Below, one piece after another: positions 45,977-51,928 of a stretch of DNA of 51,928 nt; within the stretch, counting starts at the first letter, position 1; each line of letters opens with the position of its first letter. A program made the position numbers and the translations under genes. Under the pieces are notes generated by a model. That model did no database searches. It saw only the letters and a program-made list of their open reading frames with translations, and was not told the origin of the DNA. Source of the stretch: Alphaproteobacteria bacterium (GTDB taxonomy: Bacteria > Pseudomonadota > Alphaproteobacteria > Rs-D84 > NBLK01); assembly GCA_016937865.1 (NCBI GenBank), contig JAFGVS010000016.1, forward strand, positions 1 through 51,928, read 5' to 3'.

Positions 45977-47065
45977 GCTTTTTTCATTAGCATTGCATTA
46001 AGGAATTCGTCGAGTTCGCCATCAAGGACCGCTTTGGGGTTAGAGCTTTCCACATTTGAACGTAAATCTTTAACCATTTGGTATGGATGCAAGACATAAG
46101 ATCTGATTTGATTTCCCCAGCCAATTTCGGTTTTATTGGCTTCAGATGCATTTTTTTCGGCCTGTTTTTCCCGCATTTCTTTTTCATATAAACGGCTTTT
46201 TAACATTTTAAAAGCGACTTCTTTATTGCGATGTTGGGAGCGTTCCATTTGGCATTGCACGACAATTTTGGTTGGGATATGGGTAATGCGCACCGCAGAA
46301 TCGGTTGTGTTTACATGTTGTCCACCTGCGCCGGACGCGCGATATGTGTCAATGCGGCAATCGGCCGGGTTAATTTCAATTTCAATGTTTTGATCGATGT
46401 CTGGGTAGACCCAAACAGAGGCAAAGGTCGTATGGCGTTTTGCATTTGAATCAAATGGGGAAATGCGCACCAGTCGGTGTATCCCGCTTTCGTGCTTTAG
46501 CCAACCATACGCGTTTTCACCTTTGATGTGTAAGGTGGTTGATTTTAGGCCGACTTCTTCGCCACTTTGTTCTTCGATGAGTAAAGCGGTATAGCCTTTT
46601 CGTTCGGCATAGCGCATATACATGCGTTGTAACATCAGTGCCCAATCACAGGATTCGGTGCCACCTGCGCCGGCGTGGATTTCGAGGAATGCATCTTCAG
46701 AATCTGCTTCTCCAGACAAAAAGGTTTCGATTTTGGCGTTTTGAAGGTCACTTACAAGTGTATTTGATTCGATATCGAGTTCTTTTAATAGATCTGTTTC
46801 GTTTTCTGTTTCCGCCAGATCACTCATTTCTTTTAGGGTATCGAAACGGTGCTTTAATGTGTTGAAGTTCTCTAGTTTTCGTTCAAGTGCTTTTTTTTCT
46901 TTTAGAACTTTTTGGCTGTTTTTAAGATCTTCCCAAAATTTAGGGGCTTCTGTTTTTTTATGGAGTGATTCAATTTCTGTTTTTAAAGAAATTGGGTCAA
47001 AGAAACCTCCCAAGCTCTGTGATTAGCTTTGAAGATTGGGTTAAATTTGTTTTTAGGTCTGACAT
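45973..47065 (-). CDS. prfB: Peptide chain release factor 2, with a programmed +1 frameshift
   Basis: Frame 0 reads MSDLKTNLTQSSKLITELGRFL from ATG 47065 and ends at CTT TGA C (TGA at 46999-46997), preceded by GGGAGG. The +1 frame continues DPISLKTEIE... through SPF and GGQHVN to 45973. Confidence 0.9.
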
Positions 47066-47163
47066 GTGATGCATGATATTTTATTTTGATATAAAAATCA
47101 ACTTTCTACTTGTTTTTGAAAAAAATACCTTTATTATTAAACGTAAGAGATAAAGGAGATCAC

Positions 47164-47331
47164 ATGAAAAAGTTATTTATTGCCGGGCTGTTAGGCCTTT
47201 TCCTATCAAGCTGTGGTGGCTCTATGTATCATCGAGATCCTGTTGGTGTTGGACATGATAATGCGGAAATGAAACTTTCCCCATGCGCTTGTATTCTTGT
47301 TCCTCAAAACGGTGATCACGTTGTTATATAA
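47164..47331 (+). CDS. Small lipoprotein (55 aa), possibly VirB7-like
   Basis: AAAGGAG RBS. Lipobox FLSSC. Short Cys-containing mature part with VPQN. The ORF-track start 47110 is an upstream extension. Confidence 0.6.
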   Translation: MKKLFIAGLLGLFLSSCGGSMYHRDPVGVGHDNAEMKLSPCACILVPQNGDHVVI

Positions 47332-47529
47332 TCATTCTAAATATATAAGATTTATTTAGCAAAAACGGATAGGAGTACACAGAAGAAAGACTTGATTTTC
47401 TTTTTTATCTTTTTTGTATCTTTTCAGCAATTTTAATTTAGCCATATTTTATATGCCAGAATTAAAATCAACTGACAATTTTTCAAAAAATAAAAAAATA
47501 ACATCAATATCTATTTAGAAAGACTATAT

Positions 47530-48246
47530 ATGATGCTTCCTATTTTTCCTTTTAAGGTTCATTTGAAAAACCGTCCTGCGCGGCGTTCTATTCGATTGCT
47601 TCGATGGATTGCTTTTGTTTTGACGGTTTTATTTACGATTAATGCTCTAATTGGTTTTGGTTTTTTGACTTTGCTTAAACAAAAAGAATTGTCGCCTCGC
47701 TTTGTTTCCTTTGATTCAAAATTGTCTTCTTTTCGTCTATTTTCAGCGGATTCTGTCCCAGGGAAAGTGGTAAAATCTGCCCGTGATGTTTTACGCGAAA
47801 AATTTGTTCGGGATTATGTTTTAAAACGAGAAATGTGGCAGTTGGATATGGCGAATAATCATCACCGATTGTGTGATTGTTTACAAGATGAGCGTGAAAA
47901 AAAATTGATTGAAAAGACACGAAATCGTACGGTTGAGCCACGGTGTAGTGTGTGTTTGATGTCAACGCAGGCTGTTTTTAAAGATTTTTTTGATAAGACG
48001 TATCCTGCTCGGAAAGAACGCTCTAAAGATAATTGGGTTCAATTGCCCTCTATTCGTACGGTTGAACTATACAAAATTATTCCACCGGAACGTGGTAAAG
48101 GGTTAACGTTGATTTATAAAATAGATTATGAAATCGAAGATCAATTGTGGCAGGCTTATGTTAGTGTGCGGGATCTTTTGAAACCGGATGAGTATCTTTT
48201 TCAGGTTGTGGATTACGGGATATTACCTTCTCCTTCTGAAAAATAA
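47530..48246 (+). CDS. Bitopic membrane protein, possibly VirB8/NTF2-like
   Basis: Short cytoplasmic N-terminus and one TM (WIAFVLTVLFTINALIGFGFLTL). Periplasmic domain with KELSPRFVSFD..., EKFVRDYVLKREMW and a C-terminal FQVVDYG. Confidence 0.55.
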   Translation: MMLPIFPFKVHLKNRPARRSIRLLRWIAFVLTVLFTINALIGFGFLTLLKQKELSPRFVSFDSKLSSFRLFSADSVPGKVVKSARDVLREKFVRDYVLKREMWQLDMANNHHRLCDCLQDEREKKLIEKTRNRTVEPRCSVCLMSTQAVFKDFFDKTYPARKERSKDNWVQLPSIRTVELYKIIPPERGKGLTLIYKIDYEIEDQLWQAYVSVRDLLKPDEYLFQVVDYGILPSPSEK

Positions 48247-48271
48247 AAATGGAATAAAAAAGAAAGATATT

Positions 48272-48934
48272 ATGAGTCGTTTATGGACCTTTTTATTTTC
48301 GCTGGTTGCACTTAGTGGGGTGCTTGTTTCCCTGTTTTTTGCGTATGGTATTTTTAAAGCTTTGTGGTTTGGGGATTATTATAGTTTGGTGCCGGCCTTT
48401 TTAAAACAAGATACGACGATTCAAGCGGTTTATCCTTCTAGCCCATCTTATATGACAAAAGCGCAAAAAAAACTTTTAGTTTCCCATTTAATAGAAGATT
48501 ATTTGGTCTATCGTTATACGATTTTACCAGATGATGATTTAATGGCACAACGTATGGGACAATGGTGGAGTGAACACAAGTCTCCTATTGATGCGCCGTA
48601 CGCGATTTGGGTTTCCCCCAATGAAAATGGTTCTGTTTGGCGGGGTTTTATTGATCCTGCGGGTGGGTTTGCGCCACGTGTTTTGCAATTGGTCAAAGAA
48701 GGAAAAACGCGCACGGTTGAAATTCTAAGTTCGCCTTATAAAGAGAAAGATTTCTGGAATGTGCGTTTAAAGCTTTATACATATGCGCCGGATACCGATC
48801 GTGTGACAATTTCTTATTTGAAAATTCAAATGGCGGTTTCTTTGGGGGATTTTATGCGCTCTTTTTCTGTCGCACAACTGAACCCGGCGCTGCTGTATAC
48901 GTTTAAAGTTGACTCTTTTAGAGAAGTCTATTAA
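48272..48934 (+). CDS. Bitopic membrane protein, paralogue-like partner of 47530..48246
   Basis: ATG 48272 (MSRLWTFLFSLVALSGVLVSLFF). HLIEDYLVYRYTI and a C-terminal LNPALLYTFKVDSFRE. The ORF track starts upstream at 48188, inside the previous gene. Confidence 0.55.
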   Translation: MSRLWTFLFSLVALSGVLVSLFFAYGIFKALWFGDYYSLVPAFLKQDTTIQAVYPSSPSYMTKAQKKLLVSHLIEDYLVYRYTILPDDDLMAQRMGQWWSEHKSPIDAPYAIWVSPNENGSVWRGFIDPAGGFAPRVLQLVKEGKTRTVEILSSPYKEKDFWNVRLKLYTYAPDTDRVTISYLKIQMAVSLGDFMRSFSVAQLNPALLYTFKVDSFREVY

Positions 48935-50097
48935 CGGTAAAGCGTATATCCCATTGTTTTTAATTTTACCAAAGGTAAGTAACCTGTGTTTTCTGGTACC
49001 GTTTTATATTCAATTTGTCCGTTTATATCCGTTAATAAGCTATGATCACTGAGGGCAATGTACTCCCCTTGGCTTTCTTGTGCTTTTAAGATCAATCCCT
49101 CTCCTGCGATGTGTTTCGATTTAAAATACGTCGTTGAATTATACGCAATATCCTGAAAAGCACTCATATGTGTATAGGGTAATACTTCGATTCCGTGTGG
49201 TACGGTTAGTTGTAAGCTTGTCCATGTATTTGGATTTGTCGTTGTATTTAGATCTTCTTGTTCGGTCGTATAAAAAATATCTAATTTCTCGCTTTTCCCT
49301 TTCATGATAAAAGGAATAATATTCGAATTTGTATCCGTTAAAACGGATCCAATGTATCTGTGTTTGCTGTAACTCCCAGAAACATTTAATAGATTTGTTG
49401 CATTTAAATCGGTGTCGAATCCGGCATCGATTTGTTTTGTTGTTGGATCACATAAAATAAACACATGATAGGTGGTTGAAGGTTGAGCTGTTAATGGGGC
49501 GGGCATGCCTCCTGTGTCAGACCCAGCCACCCAGGTTGCGTCTAATTTTTTTGTTAGTGCGCTGGATAATATCATGGAGGTTGTTTTGTCAGCGCTTTTC
49601 GCTTCGCCAGGGCTTACCGTAATATCATGATCTGCGTCTGTACTAAGTGATAATGTTAGCGCATTAATATAGCCGTTTGGCAATCCTTCAATTGAAGAAA
49701 GGGATGCTTTTAGTGTGGCGGGTGTGATGGCTTTCGATGTTTCGATGCCGGCTTGGGCTTCGGAAGTTGTGGCCAATTGAAGTACGCCTTTTTTGACTTC
49801 CGTTGCAATGGCCGTTGTCACTAGATTTGATAAATCGGTTTTTGCGATTCCACGTGCGGCAATATCTTCGCTGGCAATATTTGTCATGTCGGCGAGGGCA
49901 AGGCCGCGGGTTGCAAAGTTGGCGTCGGATACGTTGGATAGATCTTCACGGGCGAGCGGATATCCACCGGCTTTGGTGCCATCGTGGACTCGCACTGTTT
50001 CTTTATCTGTATCGACGGTAATTTCGCCTTCTAGACCTGTGAAAATGGCATGTTCCGAAGTTGTGCCGCGGCGCCATTGGACTGATTTTGTTGTCAT
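48931..50097 (-). CDS. Phage tail-fibre-like protein
   Basis: The N-terminus VQWRRGTTSEHAIFTGLEGEITVDTDKETVRVHDGTKAGGYPLA is a tail-fibre/Mtd_N-like motif. Also GVLQLATTSEAQAGIETSKAITPATL. AAGGA RBS. Confidence 0.65.
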   Translation of the reverse strand: MTTKSVQWRRGTTSEHAIFTGLEGEITVDTDKETVRVHDGTKAGGYPLAREDLSNVSDANFATRGLALADMTNIASEDIAARGIAKTDLSNLVTTAIATEVKKGVLQLATTSEAQAGIETSKAITPATLKASLSSIEGLPNGYINALTLSLSTDADHDITVSPGEAKSADKTTSMILSSALTKKLDATWVAGSDTGGMPAPLTAQPSTTYHVFILCDPTTKQIDAGFDTDLNATNLLNVSGSYSKHRYIGSVLTDTNSNIIPFIMKGKSEKLDIFYTTEQEDLNTTTNPNTWTSLQLTVPHGIEVLPYTHMSAFQDIAYNSTTYFKSKHIAGEGLILKAQESQGEYIALSDHSLLTDINGQIEYKTVPENTGYLPLVKLKTMGYTLYR

Positions 50098-50238
50098 TGT
50101 TTTATTCCTTCTTTTTTGTTTGTTTTATTTTTGGAGATAAAAAAAGGGCGCAAATGGCCCGTTGATTTTCTTTAGGTAGAGACTTTTTTATCGAAATCAA
50201 GTCTTTTCTATTTTTTTATTAAATAAGTTCTGTTTTGT

Positions 50239-50267
50239 TTGACTTGCCTTGATTCAAAACCTATCCT
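50239..50267 (+). promoter_or_regulatory. Putative promoter for the NMO-family gene
   Basis: TTGACT, 17 nt spacer, TATCCT. Confidence 0.4.
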
Positions 50268-50321
50268 TATGTGGAAATCGAATCCTCCTTAAAGGGATAT
50301 TTGAAAATAGAAAGGATAAAT

Positions 50322-51713
50322 GTGCAATTTAATCTTCCAAAGATTTTTTATGGTGGTAAAGAAGTTGAAGCAATTATAGAAGGCGGAAAAGGTATTAACG
50401 TTTCTACCGGCTTGACGGCTGGGCGATTTGCAGCCTGTGGCGCCATCGGGACATTTTCAGGTGTTAACCCGGATGCTCGTGATGAAAATGGGAATTTAAT
50501 TGAACGTGTTTTTCAAGGTAAAACGCGCCAAGAGCGTCAGAAAGAATTGGTTGATCATGCCATTAAAGGTGCTTTGACTCAGGCGAAGATTGCGCACGTG
50601 GAATCCAAGGGACAGGGTCGGATATTTATGAATGTTCTTTGGGAAATGGGCGCTTGTGTCGATATTTTAGAAGGTGTTCTTTCTAAGGCAAAAGGCCTGA
50701 TTCATGGGATTACTTGTGGTGCCGGCATGCCATATCAATTGGCGGAAATTGCCGCGAAATATACGACTTATTACAATCCAATCGTTTCTTCTGCACGTGC
50801 TTTTAAAATTTTATGGAAGCGTTCTTATGAAAAAAATAAAGAATGGTTGGGCGCGGTTGTTTATGAAGATCCTTGGAAAGCCGGTGGACATAATGGTTTG
50901 TCTAATGCTGAAAATCCAAAAGAACCACAACGTGCGTATGAACGCCTGGTTGAATTACGTACTTTTATGAATGAAGTTGGCTTGAAGGCTATTCCTATTA
51001 TTATTGCCGGAAGTGTATGGTGTTTATCTGAATGGGTGTCTGTGATTAATAATCCACAAATTGGTCCGGTTGTATTTCAATTTGGAACACGTCCTTTGGT
51101 AACCCAAGAAAGTCCGATTACAGAGGATCACAAGCAATATTTGTTTTCGTTAACGGAAGGCGATGTTTCTTTGCAACAATTCTCACCAACTGGGTTTTAT
51201 TCTTCTGCTGCTCGGAATGATTTTTTGAAAATGTTAGAACAGCGTTCTGCGCGTCAAGTGCCTTTTTCAATGGAACCTAAAGATGATTTGACGGCACAGG
51301 TTGCGCTTAATGGTCAAACTATTTTTGTTTCAGAGGCGGATCGTGAAAAAATTGCTGGATTTATCAAAGATGGGTTTGATGTTGCGATGAAAACGCCTGA
51401 TTCAACCGTTGTTTTTGCCTCTTCCGAAGAAGCAAAAACGTTACGTCAGGATATGCGTGATTGTGTTGGTTGTTTATCTGTTTGCCAGTTTTCCGGATGG
51501 AGCCAATATGAAGGCGTTAATCCACAGGCAGATCCACGGTCGTTTTGTATTCAAAAAACATTGATGGATATTTCACATGGTGGAAAAGTCCAAGATAATT
51601 TGATTTTTGCGGGGCAAATCGCTTCTCGTTTTGGGACGGATCCTTTTTATGAGGGTGGAAAAAAGATTCCAACGATTGCAGAATTGGTCGCCAAAATCAA
51701 AACAGGCGCATAA
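50322..51713 (+). CDS. Nitronate monooxygenase (NMO) family FMN-dependent oxidoreductase
   Basis: GGKGINVSTG..., ITCGAGMP, and DPWKAGGHNG. The ORF-track GTG at 50271 sits at the predicted transcription start. GTG 50322 has AAAGGA 5 nt upstream. Confidence 0.75.
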   Translation: MQFNLPKIFYGGKEVEAIIEGGKGINVSTGLTAGRFAACGAIGTFSGVNPDARDENGNLIERVFQGKTRQERQKELVDHAIKGALTQAKIAHVESKGQGRIFMNVLWEMGACVDILEGVLSKAKGLIHGITCGAGMPYQLAEIAAKYTTYYNPIVSSARAFKILWKRSYEKNKEWLGAVVYEDPWKAGGHNGLSNAENPKEPQRAYERLVELRTFMNEVGLKAIPIIIAGSVWCLSEWVSVINNPQIGPVVFQFGTRPLVTQESPITEDHKQYLFSLTEGDVSLQQFSPTGFYSSAARNDFLKMLEQRSARQVPFSMEPKDDLTAQVALNGQTIFVSEADREKIAGFIKDGFDVAMKTPDSTVVFASSEEAKTLRQDMRDCVGCLSVCQFSGWSQYEGVNPQADPRSFCIQKTLMDISHGGKVQDNLIFAGQIASRFGTDPFYEGGKKIPTIAELVAKIKTGA

Positions 51714-51734
51714 AACCTTGTTATTATCTTTAAA

Positions 51735-51760
51735 GAAAAGCCTTTTTCAGGCTTTTTTTT
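51735..51760 (+). terminator. Rho-independent terminator
   Basis: aaaagcct-ttttc-aggctttt followed by a T-run. Confidence 0.7.
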
Positions 51761-51787
51761 ATGTTAAAATTATGCTATACTCTTTTC

Positions 51788-51928
51788 ATGAAGAGAATTC
51801 TTATCCTTTTTTTCGTAGCGATGCCGGGTGTGCTTTTTGCGCAGATTGATCCGATGATGATTCAACAAGGGATTGGGACCGTTATCGGCCTTAAAAATAA
51901 AGTGGGTGAAATAAAGTCGAAAACAAGC
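51788..51928 (+). CDS. 5' part of a secreted protein gene running off the right edge
   Basis: MKRILILFFVAMPGVLFAQ signal peptide. The frame is open to the window end. Confidence 0.4.
   Translation, partial: MKRILILFFVAMPGVLFAQIDPMMIQQGIGTVIGLKNKVGEIKSKTS

Noticed and set aside
47420-47475. AT-only inverted repeat (caattttaatt ... aattaaaatc) in the spacer before the VirB8-like genes.
   Set aside because: It is a 10-bp all-A/T stem with a long loop in a very AT-rich spacer. This is expected by chance, and no paired copy exists elsewhere in the window.

Overview
This is an AT-rich chromosomal segment, roughly 35-40% GC by eye. The gene content looks alphaproteobacterial: a DUF2312/GapR-like protein, a short L36, and BamD, Pal, AsmA, MurJ, MraZ, MraY and MurD. 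The style is that of an intracellular-symbiont genome (Holosporales/Rickettsiales-like). That assignment is inference only, because no database search was possible. Most of the window is tightly packed housekeeping:
- Carboxylase and translation factors: ihfB, accD-accA, tsf-rpsB.
- Ribosomal proteins: rpmB, rplU-rpmA, rplM-rpsI, and an rpmJ that is absent from the ORF track.
- RNA modification and maturation: miaB-ybeY, rluC-like.
- Envelope: bamD, murJ, pal, AsmA-family, tatA, mraZ, mraY, murD, mlaD.
- DNA repair and nucleotide sanitation: mutY, UDG family 4, a UDG-like gene, NUDIX.
- Other: hemW, pyk, sufB, gyrB, a dimeric-type glycyl-tRNA synthetase, tRNA-Leu(CAA), prfB with its +1 frameshift site, and an NMO-type flavin oxidoreductase.

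The non-routine content is:
1. A ~145-180 bp structured dispersed repeat with five same-orientation copies. Its hairpin shows compensatory changes between copies, and its left end supplies the Shine-Dalgarno of two genes.
2. A divergently transcribed three-gene island (31263-36943) encoding cysteine-rich secreted proteins. Two are paralogues with glycine-zipper segments, and one carries an OmpA-like domain. The island sits inside a broken dcw cluster, between mraZ and mraY.
3. A small lipoprotein followed by two paralogous bitopic membrane proteins that look VirB7/VirB8-like, lying convergent with an orphan phage-tail-fibre-like gene.
4. Lysine-rich low-complexity tails on S2, L28, TatA and a membrane protein, the last with a recent 66-bp tandem duplication.
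5. A NUDIX gene between mraY and murD that is frameshifted at an A6 run.
6. An rluC-like gene whose conserved N-terminus has no canonical start codon.

All product calls come from motif recognition by eye. Repeat, promoter and terminator boundaries are approximate.
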